Shown here: in pieces, positions 47,606 through 56,096 of the stretch
How positions within the stretch are numbered: position 1 is the stretch's first letter
Layout: each line of letters opens with the position of its first letter
Origin: a virus
IMG/VR virus record: IMGVR_UViG_3300029989_000005
Direction: 5' to 3' (one strand)
DNA: 64,000 nt
Position numbers and translations under genes: made by a program
Notes under the pieces: model-generated
The model's database searches: none
What the model was told of the DNA's origin: nothing
What the model saw: only the letters and a program-made list of their open reading frames with translations

Positions 47606-50347
47606 ATGGGTGATTTAAATGCTTTATCGATATTTAATAAAAATGGTAATAAATTAGAACTTTCCTATAATAAGGAATATGATATATTACAAGGTATAAT
47701 GTATCTACCTGAGGTTTCAACCGATTTGATTGAGAATGAAACCTTATTCATACTTGAGGAAACAGGTGGTGAATTTATACAGCCTAAATCATTCGGTGAT
47801 TTAACCGTTAGTTTGATGAATTCCATGGATTATCAAATTTTTACAGTTGGAAACCCACATGATGAATTCCCCAAGGTAGAATTTATAGATAAGAAAGTTT
47901 TTAATGTGGAAATTCTACCACCACAATCTATTAAAAAAATAACAAATGGTAGGTTGTACAATTGGTATGCTATAACAAACACTAGAAAGCTTGCACCTAC
48001 AGGATGGCGTGTTCCATCAAGATCAGATTGGGAAACTTTGGTAACATTCCTAGCAGAAAATGGATATAATTATGATGGTAGTATTACAACAAGTTTTAGT
48101 AATAATAAAGTGGCAAAAGCTTTAGCATCTAAAGAGGGTTGGAACATATTACCTAGTACGTATGTTGGTTCTGCAGGTTATAATTCATCCCTGAATAATT
48201 CATCAGGGATGAATCTCTATCCATCAGGTGTTCAGGTGGTTTCGGGTTCACAGACAGCATCAAATGCAATGGGTAGAGTGTGTGGCTTATCATTTACTGA
48301 TATGGGTGCATATGGAGCTGTAATTAGTAATGGTAATTCCTTTTCATTTAGTACGCCAACAGGTAAACATGATGGTATGTCTTGTAGATTGATTAAAGAG
48401 GATGGTGTATTTGTAGAAAGTGTAATTATTGATGGTGATGTATATCATTGTGTAAAGCATGGAAATCAAGTCTGGTTGCAAGAAAATTTGGCTGTTGAAC
48501 ATTATAGTGATGGTACGCAAATTGGCTCAGACTTTATAGGTACTAATGGTGCTGTAACAGCTTATAATGGGGATGAAAACAATGTTTATATTATTACAAC
48601 AGTTGAAGGTAGCGGAAACATACGTAAGCCATTTAGAGTAGATTTTGCCGTTAAATCATCTACAGAAAAAACAGTTATAGACAAATTGCTTGTCTATAGT
48701 GCTTTAATTGGGAGGATAATAGCTGAAATCTCAGTATATATAGAGGTAGTTGGTGAGGATGAAAGGTTAACGGCAAAGCTTGCTGATTTCGGGGAATATA
48801 TCACAGCAAATGAGGAATATATATTCCGTAACAGTGACATCAAAGAGGAACTTACTAATCATATATTACTTAATGAAAAGAAAAAGGAATTTATTCTTGA
48901 AATGCACAATATCAAGCCTTACTTTTCAGCTTATAAAGGTCTTATAAACATACTTAACCTATTTGATTACCCCGATTTAACACTTAAGGAATATTGGGTT
49001 GATATAAAGACGGGAAAATATATAGCAGAAGATATTAAACTATATGAACAGGGAAGACTTGACGAAACTATACGTTATAATAGCCAACTTAAAAAGACCT
49101 CATTTTTCGGGTTGTACTATCCAATAAATCATACTAATGGTGAATATACACAAGATGGTTTGCCCGAAACAGTGGATAGTTTCATGTTTTCAAACGAGGA
49201 AATTATAATAAAATTGTTTGGTCTTAAGAATTGGATTAAAGACCGTGAAATCGGTGGTATTTCATCTATTATAGACATTATTGGTGAGATAACTTACTTT
49301 AACAAATATGACATAAATTTTTGGTATGATGATTGGAACTTAATTTCTGAATCCATCTCACAGGATAATATTCGCTTTTCAATAAATGGGGTAGAGGATA
49401 ATAACATAATAAACGTTCTACTTTCCGATTTATCAGGTTTTACATTTGATACACCTATTAGCAAAGTAGGTGCTGTTATAAATGTTAAAAATTTAACCTT
49501 TGGTGTACAGATTCAGGATGTTGACGTTACATTTGAGCAATTAAAAACAGAAAACGCCACATATTCAATATTTTTCAATAATGTAGATAAATTCAAGTAT
49601 TATCAAATAGAATGGTCAGCCGTTTCTGTTAAAACAGGTTTATTAGTTGATTCCAAGATTGGTAAACTTGATGATTTACTAGAAACTACACTTACTTTAC
49701 CAAATAGTGGACTTTTTAACATACAAATGAAACTGTATAAGTTTAATAATGAAATGGCTGTATTAACCAAACATTCAATAATTAATGTTTCACCAAAATC
49801 CATCTCATTGACCGCCTTTGTTAATACAAGTGAAATTATAAATCAAACACCTGAATACATAGCACTTTTTGATACTTATGCACCTAAAACATTAAAGGAT
49901 TTTAGAAAGATAAAATTTGTTGATGATGATTTCATGGCTTATGCAAATCATAAGTTTATGTTCTTTGATAACATACAATTCAATGATATAATCTCTCAGA
50001 CATTCCAAACATATGGTCAAAATTTCAACCCTGATAAAGATTTGTTACCATTTGCTAAGGGAATGACTAAAATATTCACTGATAATGTAGCCATTCACGT
50101 TTCGGATACCATATTTTTCAACTTGAAGAGGTCACAATTTGTTGGTAAATCAAATGCAAATTGGAAATTACTAGATGAAAATGGAACAGTTATTGTTGAG
50201 CTTGATAATTATTTATTTTTCTGTTATACATTTTTCAAATCGGGAAAATATTCCTTACAGGTTACATTGTATAATAATAAAGGTGATAACAAGACAGAAC
50301 TTTTCTCAAATTATATAACTGTTCATAAATATAAAATAGACTATTAA
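47606..50347 (+). CDS. Large virion (baseplate wedge-like) protein with an inserted, circularly permuted Fib_succ_major (FISUMP) domain
   Basis: ATG at 47606 after a late motif at 47586-47598; GRLYNWYA...APTGWRVPS comes before IDGDVYHCVKHGNQVWLQENL; Ig/PKD-like C-terminus. Confidence 0.7.
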   Translation: MGDLNALSIFNKNGNKLELSYNKEYDILQGIMYLPEVSTDLIENETLFILEETGGEFIQPKSFGDLTVSLMNSMDYQIFTVGNPHDEFPKVEFIDKKVFNVEILPPQSIKKITNGRLYNWYAITNTRKLAPTGWRVPSRSDWETLVTFLAENGYNYDGSITTSFSNNKVAKALASKEGWNILPSTYVGSAGYNSSLNNSSGMNLYPSGVQVVSGSQTASNAMGRVCGLSFTDMGAYGAVISNGNSFSFSTPTGKHDGMSCRLIKEDGVFVESVIIDGDVYHCVKHGNQVWLQENLAVEHYSDGTQIGSDFIGTNGAVTAYNGDENNVYIITTVEGSGNIRKPFRVDFAVKSSTEKTVIDKLLVYSALIGRIIAEISVYIEVVGEDERLTAKLADFGEYITANEEYIFRNSDIKEELTNHILLNEKKKEFILEMHNIKPYFSAYKGLINILNLFDYPDLTLKEYWVDIKTGKYIAEDIKLYEQGRLDETIRYNSQLKKTSFFGLYYPINHTNGEYTQDGLPETVDSFMFSNEEIIIKLFGLKNWIKDREIGGISSIIDIIGEITYFNKYDINFWYDDWNLISESISQDNIRFSINGVEDNNIINVLLSDLSGFTFDTPISKVGAVINVKNLTFGVQIQDVDVTFEQLKTENATYSIFFNNVDKFKYYQIEWSAVSVKTGLLVDSKIGKLDDLLETTLTLPNSGLFNIQMKLYKFNNEMAVLTKHSIINVSPKSISLTAFVNTSEIINQTPEYIALFDTYAPKTLKDFRKIKFVDDDFMAYANHKFMFFDNIQFNDIISQTFQTYGQNFNPDKDLLPFAKGMTKIFTDNVAIHVSDTIFFNLKRSQFVGKSNANWKLLDENGTVIVELDNYLFFCYTFFKSGKYSLQVTLYNNKGDNKTELFSNYITVHKYKIDY

Positions 50348-50385
50348 TACGGTAAAGCACATGAAAAAGTTAAGAATATATTCAC

Positions 50386-50431
50386 GGCTACAGACGATAT
50401 ACTTTCCTTGCACTTTGACCATTTTTGTGGT
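50386..50431 (-). repeat. Dispersed 46-bp intergenic element, copy C
   Basis: Reverse complement accacaaaaatggtcaaagtgcaaggaaagtatatcgtctgtagcc. Confidence 0.8.
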
Positions 50432-50460
50432 ATCAGCATAACAAAGAATCATTTTAATAC

Positions 50461-50497
50461 AAAGAAACCATCAAGGATTAACTTGGTGGCTTCTTTC
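50461..50497. terminator. Hairpin between convergent genes
   Basis: aaagaaaccatcaag / cttggtggcttcttt (imperfect). Confidence 0.55.
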
Positions 50498-50593
50498 ATG
50501 TTGTAGTTTTTACATTATCGCAATGGTTACTACTTTACTGACATTTCCAATTCTTAATATTTATAAACTAAACTATTATGCACGTTATTTATT

Positions 50594-50833
50594 TTAACCC
50601 TCATATGGTAGTTTATCTTGTGAGTTCCTTTTAGCCTCATTTTCTCTGTCGGTAATAACTGTTTTATATGCTAGATCAATGCTATCACCTAATCTTACCA
50701 ATGAGTTAAATGTTTTAAGTTCTTCACCCTTAAGTTCAGATTCAACCTGTTCCATAGTCATATCCTCAAAGATATTGATATTTTTATCTGTACCTGATGG
50801 TATATTAGCCTCAAAAATTTTTAACTTTTTCAT
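50594..50833 (-). CDS. Small protein with an MKKLKIFE leader (putative internal head protein)
   Basis: MKKLKIFEA...; late motif at 50836-50848. Confidence 0.7.
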   Translation of the reverse strand: MKKLKIFEANIPSGTDKNINIFEDMTMEQVESELKGEELKTFNSLVRLGDSIDLAYKTVITDRENEAKRNSQDKLPYEG

Positions 50834-50845
50834 ATTTTTAATTAT

Positions 50846-51088
50846 TTATAATTTATCCTGATAACCTTTTTTAAGTTCCTCCAATTTAAGGCATGCATCA
50901 TCTATGATTTCCTGTGCATCCTTTTGAATTTGCTTACCTGTTTCCTTTGTTTCATCAAACATAGCTATTAAATCAGATTTAAATTCAGTACCTATATTCT
51001 TGAAATCCGATTTTATCCCATCTATGAAATCCTTGAAAATGTTTACACTTTCATTAACAGGTTTATTCAGTGTGTTAGATTTTTTCAT
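50846..51088 (-). CDS. Small protein with a VNES motif (putative internal head protein)
   Basis: MKKSNTLNKPVNES... Confidence 0.6.
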   Translation of the reverse strand: MKKSNTLNKPVNESVNIFKDFIDGIKSDFKNIGTEFKSDLIAMFDETKETGKQIQKDAQEIIDDACLKLEELKKGYQDKL

Positions 51089-51474
51089 AATGACAGTTCC
51101 TCACTTGCTTGAATTAAGAATAAATATTCCCTTGTTGTAATCATGTCATTTATAAGTAAATATAGCAGTCTATCCTGATACATGTTACATGAATTATAAA
51201 CCAAATGATAAATATAAATGTCCTCTACCTTAAGTTGACTTTTAAAATGTTCAATCTGTTTTTCTTTAGATACAACTAAATTAAACGCTGAATCAGCCTG
51301 ATAAAACATTTTGGTATAACGGTTAGCCTTTAATTCTCTGTTAGTCTGATGCTTAGCTGAATCACTTGCTTGATATAATATAGTCAAAACATTTTTAGGC
51401 TCTTTATTTTGACTGAACACAGTTATACATGTTAATAACATCAAAGATAAAATAAGTGTAAATTTTGTTCTCAT
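51085..51474 (-). CDS. Secreted or membrane hypothetical protein
   Basis: Signal peptide MRTKFTLILSLMLLTCITVFSQ. Confidence 0.6.
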   Translation of the reverse strand: MRTKFTLILSLMLLTCITVFSQNKEPKNVLTILYQASDSAKHQTNRELKANRYTKMFYQADSAFNLVVSKEKQIEHFKSQLKVEDIYIYHLVYNSCNMYQDRLLYLLINDMITTREYLFLIQASEELSL

Positions 51475-51478
51475 AATT

Positions 51479-51574
51479 TTAAAGTATTATTAAATATACA
51501 ATTATTACTATACACAACCCTATTTTTAACAAGGTGTAAAGACACCCTATACTTTCTGTTTGTTTTGTTGGCAT
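51479..51574 (-). CDS. 31-aa membrane peptide; not in the ORF track
   Basis: MPTKQTESIGCLYTLLKIGLCIVIIVYLIIL fills the intergenic gap. Confidence 0.45.
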   Translation of the reverse strand: MPTKQTESIGCLYTLLKIGLCIVIIVYLIIL

Positions 51575-51592
51575 AACTTTAAAATTAATTGG

Positions 51593-51949
51593 TTATCTCT
51601 TGGTAAGTATTATTGAGTAAGTATTATCAGATGAATCAGTACTTGTAATTTCAATCTTTTTTCCATCATCAGATTTAACTTTCCAATTGTTATATCCAAG
51701 ACCTGAATCATTAAGTGCTTTGGCAACAGATTTTCCATTATCCTCAGCACCTGTAATTACTATTTCTACAGCTGATGCCATATCCTTTGAACCTGTATTT
51801 TCCAACTGAGGAAATTTTGCCTCTCTCATGTTATCGGATAAATTGAATCCAAAACTTGATAAAGCAGCATTTGTACCACTTGATATACGCCAATTATCTC
51901 CAATAACTGATTCATTTATTTTGCTTTCAAAAACTTTTGACTTTTTCAT
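51593..51949 (-). CDS. Small protein with an MKKSKVFESKINES leader (putative internal head protein)
   Basis: Two tandem xxES motifs at the N-terminus. Confidence 0.7.
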   Translation of the reverse strand: MKKSKVFESKINESVIGDNWRISSGTNAALSSFGFNLSDNMREAKFPQLENTGSKDMASAVEIVITGAEDNGKSVAKALNDSGLGYNNWKVKSDDGKKIEITSTDSSDNTYSIILTKR

Positions 51950-52175
51950 ATTGTATATTTATTTTATTATTTTTATAATCTGTGTAAAGACCTTTGCCAT
52001 AATATGTCCAACTTTCTATTAATTTTGGACTCTGATTAAATTTACCAACTAATTGTTCTGTTGTCATTTGCTTGGTTTCAGTCATTATGTAACAATAAAC
52101 TGTATTCCTTTCCAAGGTGGTTAACTTACTGAATTCATTGGTATCGAAAAATGACAATAATTGTGAATTTTCCAT
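51927..52175 (-). CDS. HTH-like protein, paralog of 52175..52450
   Basis: LTTLERNTVYCYIM.E...MT...W...G.GLY. Confidence 0.6.
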   Translation of the reverse strand: MENSQLLSFFDTNEFSKLTTLERNTVYCYIMTETKQMTTEQLVGKFNQSPKLIESWTYYGKGLYTDYKNNKINIQYEKVKSF

Positions 52176-52450
52176 TACATAAATGCGTTTTGAGGTTTGA
52201 ACATTATATCAGGATTTATTTTATTTTCAGAGTATAATCCAATACCATGTTCAACCCAACCACGTGCCAAATTTAGTGAAATATCTAATTTCTTGGCTAC
52301 ATCGGCTAATGTCATTTTACCTGATTCAATCATAATATAACTATAAACAATATTTCTCTTTAATGATGTTAATTGTTTATAATTATCAGATTTTAGGAAT
52401 AACAACATTGTATTGTATTCACCCGATTCAAATATCTTAAGCTTTTTCAT
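52175..52450 (-). CDS. Sigma-region-4-like HTH protein with an MKKLKIFE leader
   Basis: LTSLKRNIV...MTLADVAKKLDISLNLARGW. Confidence 0.6.
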   Translation of the reverse strand: MKKLKIFESGEYNTMLLFLKSDNYKQLTSLKRNIVYSYIMIESGKMTLADVAKKLDISLNLARGWVEHGIGLYSENKINPDIMFKPQNAFM

Positions 52451-52451
52451 A

Positions 52452-52802
52452 TTAAAATAAACCCTCTATTGATCTATAACCCTCGTTTGTTATTTTATAT
52501 AGTTCAAATTCCTCACCTTTCACTTTGAACATACATTCAAAAAGCATACCATCGTTGTTGACACCAAAATAATAATCATTACTAATTTTGACGTGATCTA
52601 AAATGGTAGAAATTTGACCAAGCCCATAATGACCCTTGATTACAAAATCAACATGGTCTATGTTCATACAGCTAATATAGAATTCAAATATTTCATCCAT
52701 ATTAGCTGTACTCAGAAATTCCACAACTTTCTGAGATTCATTAGACAGCTTAGCCGATTCATATATTCTATTGGTTTCCAAGTCCTCAGGTGCGTTATAC
52801 AT
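52452..52802 (-). CDS. Hypothetical protein with an N-terminal RIYES motif
   Basis: Late motif at 52808-52820. Confidence 0.6.
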   Translation of the reverse strand: MYNAPEDLETNRIYESAKLSNESQKVVEFLSTANMDEIFEFYISCMNIDHVDFVIKGHYGLGQISTILDHVKISNDYYFGVNNDGMLFECMFKVKGEEFELYKITNEGYRSIEGLF

Positions 52803-52849
52803 TTTGTTTTTAATTATTTAATATACAAAGAGGTTTCAAAGGTGGGGTA

Positions 52850-53203
52850 TTATTCGGTAATTTTTGGTTGGGAAACTTCTTCTGAGTATGTTAATCCACA
52901 TTTTTTATACGACCAAAATCCACCATCGTATTTTGAACCACCAACCAAATCTCCTGTAAGTATGGCAGACAACCCTTGACCTTTAGTTTGCTCAGTTATA
53001 TCCTCTGCTGTGAACAGGTTATGTTGCATGGATGGTTGACCATTACTATATATGCTATTTTGGGTCATTGAAGAAATTAAAAAATCAGGGTCTTCATTCT
53101 CAGAATATTTTTCCAATTCCTTGAAGTCATTCCAATCGGTAACGGTTATAACAATAGCCATTTTACCAAATTTCCTTACAAATGTGTTGCTTTGAGTTGC
53201 CAT
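52850..53203 (-). CDS. Hypothetical protein
   Basis: 117-aa ORF. Confidence 0.6.
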   Translation of the reverse strand: MATQSNTFVRKFGKMAIVITVTDWNDFKELEKYSENEDPDFLISSMTQNSIYSNGQPSMQHNLFTAEDITEQTKGQGLSAILTGDLVGGSKYDGGFWSYKKCGLTYSEEVSQPKITE

Positions 53204-53218
53204 AGTTTCTACATTTTA

Positions 53219-53476
53219 TTAAAATGTTGTTGTTAACTTATCTTTGTCAATATATAATATTTCAAGATTTGGGTCATTTGAGGCATTACAATATGTAAGT
53301 TCTGATAATACTATACTGACTTGATTAAGTGCTGAATTCCAAGGAAACGTATACTGATGATTATTGCTATCTTTAGGAATAACAATAACATTACATGTAA
53401 TCAAGTGACCTTTATCATGAGATTCATTAGAAAAGCATCCAAATCCATGTATATTAGATTCTTTTATATATAACAT
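53219..53476 (-). pseudogene. C-terminally truncated SET-domain-like gene
   Basis: LYIKESNIHGFGCFS...YCNASNDPN; stops before the DI..GEE...Y motif. Confidence 0.6.
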
Positions 53477-53494
53477 TTTAAATATTTTTATATA

Positions 53495-53767
53495 TCAGTA
53501 GCAAAGATTATCAATTTGTTTCTTTGTATAATATCGAGGTTTAAGATATGGTACAACCTGATAAGTACAAACGCCAAGCTTTATAAGGTTCAATTGTTTG
53601 GTTATATTTTCCGCAGCCTGTTTGAAATTAAATTTATGTGCAAGCTCAGGACTAAATTCATCGGCATATTTCCAAGATTTAATAACGCCTTTGTAAATTT
53701 TTGTATATGATATGTATTTTACAACGTAAAAATTGTTTGTACATTTGATAATATATTTTTCAGCCAT
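53495..53767 (-). CDS. Hypothetical protein
   Basis: 90-aa ORF. Confidence 0.55.
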   Translation of the reverse strand: MAEKYIIKCTNNFYVVKYISYTKIYKGVIKSWKYADEFSPELAHKFNFKQAAENITKQLNLIKLGVCTYQVVPYLKPRYYTKKQIDNLCY

Positions 53768-53769
53768 AT

Positions 53770-54141
53770 TTATTTGTCCAACTTAGCCATTATATATTTC
53801 GTGTGTTCCAATTTCCATTTTTCCATTATACTTATAAACTGTTCTTTAGTGATTTCGTGATTTGAGCCATTTCTACTTAAATGATTGCTATCTGAAATAT
53901 GTATTCTAAATTCATCTGTATATTCTGCTCCACCCATCACATGTAAACCTGTGAAATTTATATTATAATCATCCACATAATCAATCTTATCAACTCTTGT
54001 GATAGATGTTGATGATATTTGATAGAATTTACCAATATATTCATCGTATTCTCTGTTTTCCTCAATTTCAATAAGCTTGTCTATTTCCGAGATATCAGAT
54101 AGCTTGGATACCTTTAATGCAATTAGTTCTGTTATATTCAT
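53770..54141 (-). CDS. Hypothetical protein
   Basis: 123-aa ORF. Confidence 0.6.
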   Translation of the reverse strand: MNITELIALKVSKLSDISEIDKLIEIEENREYDEYIGKFYQISSTSITRVDKIDYVDDYNINFTGLHVMGGAEYTDEFRIHISDSNHLSRNGSNHEITKEQFISIMEKWKLEHTKYIMAKLDK

Positions 54142-54143
54142 AA

Positions 54144-54428
54144 TTAGTATAAATATGATTTAATATGTTTAACAGTTTCCATAGGTACTATAAATTTACG
54201 TGTTTGCTTGAAAGGTTTATTATCTATATAAGGTTTCATTGAGAATACTTCTTCGCATATCAGTTCCCTTGTTTTAAGGTTCAAAATAGCTAATTTATCC
54301 TCGAAATCACAGCCAATTATACTAACTTTAAGCTCTATGGTATCATTGACTATATTTTGTTCATGTATATCCAATTTAAGAGTTATTTTCCAATTATTCA
54401 GCTGTGAGCTATAAGATGTTTTATACAT
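54144..54428 (-). CDS. Hypothetical protein
   Basis: 94-aa ORF. Confidence 0.55.
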   Translation of the reverse strand: MYKTSYSSQLNNWKITLKLDIHEQNIVNDTIELKVSIIGCDFEDKLAILNLKTRELICEEVFSMKPYIDNKPFKQTRKFIVPMETVKHIKSYLY

Positions 54429-54442
54429 ATTTTTGATATTTT

Positions 54443-54652
54443 TTATTTGTAATACATGTCCTCATTCACATAAATGTTTAATATAAGTAAATCTATCTGT
54501 TCTTGGGTTAAGAATGTTTTGAGTTCCAAGAATCTACCACTACATCTTTGCCTGAAATTTATATATAATGTTTCAGCATCTCCTTTGAATATACGTTGGA
54601 AAGTTAATAAATTAGCATTGTTTTCAAACGTTCTCATTCTACTTTCAACCAC
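54443..54652 (-). CDS. Hypothetical protein (start uncertain)
   Basis: 69-aa ORF with GTG start. Confidence 0.5.
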   Translation of the reverse strand: MVESRMRTFENNANLLTFQRIFKGDAETLYINFRQRCSGRFLELKTFLTQEQIDLLILNIYVNEDMYYK

Positions 54653-54730
54653 AGCCCAATTTCTTAAAATGGTTGATAGAGGTTGATAAACCTCATTAAT
54701 GTTGTCTTTGCTTATTTCTATTATAAAAAT

Positions 54731-54922
54731 TTAAGAATTACAGTATTTAAATATAAATTCAACATTATCATCCTCTTTAATTACGCCTAACTTTATTTGC
54801 TCAGAAATATAATTTGATTTTGTTTCAGAAATATGATATGTGCTTATCGCCTCTACTGATAAAAAGAAAGGCATTGTTTTATTATTAACTAATATTTGGT
54901 AATTTCTGTAATGTGCATTCAT
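54731..54922 (-). CDS. Hypothetical protein
   Basis: 63-aa ORF. Confidence 0.5.
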   Translation of the reverse strand: MNAHYRNYQILVNNKTMPFFLSVEAISTYHISETKSNYISEQIKLGVIKEDDNVEFIFKYCNS

Positions 54923-54927
54923 ATATA

Positions 54928-55209
54928 TTAATGTGTTTTGGTAATATATAAATTTACCATGGATTCAATGCCATATAAAATTGCTATCGAATTTATGGAA
55001 ATGGAGTAGGATTCTCCAAGTATTTCGATATAATCTTTGGATACCATATTAAACTTTTTATAGTCTTTACTGATAGCACAATCACGTAATATAAGTTGAA
55101 ATGATTCACTTAACTTTGATTTACGTTTATTAAATATTTTTTCAGCACTTTTAAAGGCTTCGTAATTCCTTTTCATGGATTCATAATCTTTCCTGATTAC
55201 TGTTATCAT
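54928..55209 (-). CDS. Hypothetical protein
   Basis: 93-aa ORF. Confidence 0.55.
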   Translation of the reverse strand: MITVIRKDYESMKRNYEAFKSAEKIFNKRKSKLSESFQLILRDCAISKDYKKFNMVSKDYIEILGESYSISINSIAILYGIESMVNLYITKTH

Positions 55210-55210
55210 A

Positions 55211-55915
55211 TTAGTAGACTTTAAGTGATTTTTCTAACTGTTTTTCCTCAATCCTCTGTTTCATTAGTGTAAACATTGATTCATCTTTTTCAATCATTAT
55301 GAAATGTCTTCCCATTTCCAAACATGCTACACCTGTTGTACCACTACCTGCAAACATATCTAGAATTACATCTCCCTCGTCTGAGTGAATTGAAAGTATA
55401 TCTTTGATTAGCCAAATGGGTTTTTGTGTCATATGACCTACTTTTTCACTTTTCTTGGTAAGTCCACCTTTGAATTCAGGTATTTGATATTTTTCACTTT
55501 GACTATTGAAAACCCATTTAGCCTTTTTATTGGTACACCAAATAGCAACCTCATAATCTGTTATATATCTTCGATTTCTGTTTCTAGGCATTGGATTAGT
55601 TTTCTTCCATCTCAACATGTCTTTGATAACTAATCCGACACTTTCGCAATATTTCGCAATCTCTCCGATGTTTTTCCAATCATTAAAAATAATCACAGAA
55701 CCATTCTTGGATAGTATTCTAGGTATTTCATCGATGTATGAAAACATATCAAAATCCTTATCCCAATCTCCAAAATCTATTCCCGACCTACCCATGGTTT
55801 TAAAGTTATTTTTCCGAGATATAACATAAGGTGGGTCAGTAAGTACGAGATTTACGCTGTGGTCTTTAATTAATTTCATTTCGGTTATACAATCACCTAA
55901 AATCATTTTATCCAT
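55211..55915 (-). CDS. Beta-class N6-adenine DNA methyltransferase
   Basis: LTDPPY, HMTQKP and DMFAGSGTT motifs. Confidence 0.9.
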   Translation of the reverse strand: MDKMILGDCITEMKLIKDHSVNLVLTDPPYVISRKNNFKTMGRSGIDFGDWDKDFDMFSYIDEIPRILSKNGSVIIFNDWKNIGEIAKYCESVGLVIKDMLRWKKTNPMPRNRNRRYITDYEVAIWCTNKKAKWVFNSQSEKYQIPEFKGGLTKKSEKVGHMTQKPIWLIKDILSIHSDEGDVILDMFAGSGTTGVACLEMGRHFIMIEKDESMFTLMKQRIEEKQLEKSLKVY

Positions 55916-55937
55916 ATACTCAAATATTTTTTAAATG

Positions 55938-56096
55938 TGATAATTGTAGGACTTGAGCCTACAAGGGGCTTTTGCCTCCACAGTAACCATATCCTCCGAC
56001 TTATTAGGTACATCCTGCAGCCTATGTCAATTCATTAAGACCATTCCATTCACTTTCGTTACTAGGTTAGTGTTTACCATTTCTCGGCAAATTATC
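55938..56096 (-). ncRNA. tRNA-like RNA (Leu/Ser-type frame) with a ~75-nt structured insertion in place of the anticodon loop
   Basis: Acceptor stem GATAATT/AATTATC plus A73; T-arm GTAGG-CTCAAGT-CCTAC; TGGTAAAC D-loop; variable-arm hairpin; TAACC/GGTTA stem. Confidence 0.6.

Noticed and set aside
47606-50347. Diversity-generating retroelement targeting the FISUMP domain
   Set aside because: No reverse transcriptase and no template/variable repeat pair seen in the window
50361-50441. Tiny plus-strand ORF MKKLRIYS... resembling the MKKLKIFE leader
   Set aside because: Lacks the key Glu, is only 26 aa, and overlaps repeat copy C; probably chance
55938-56096. Canonical tRNA or tmRNA call
   Set aside because: No 7-nt anticodon loop and no clean D-stem; no G3:U70 pair and too short for tmRNA
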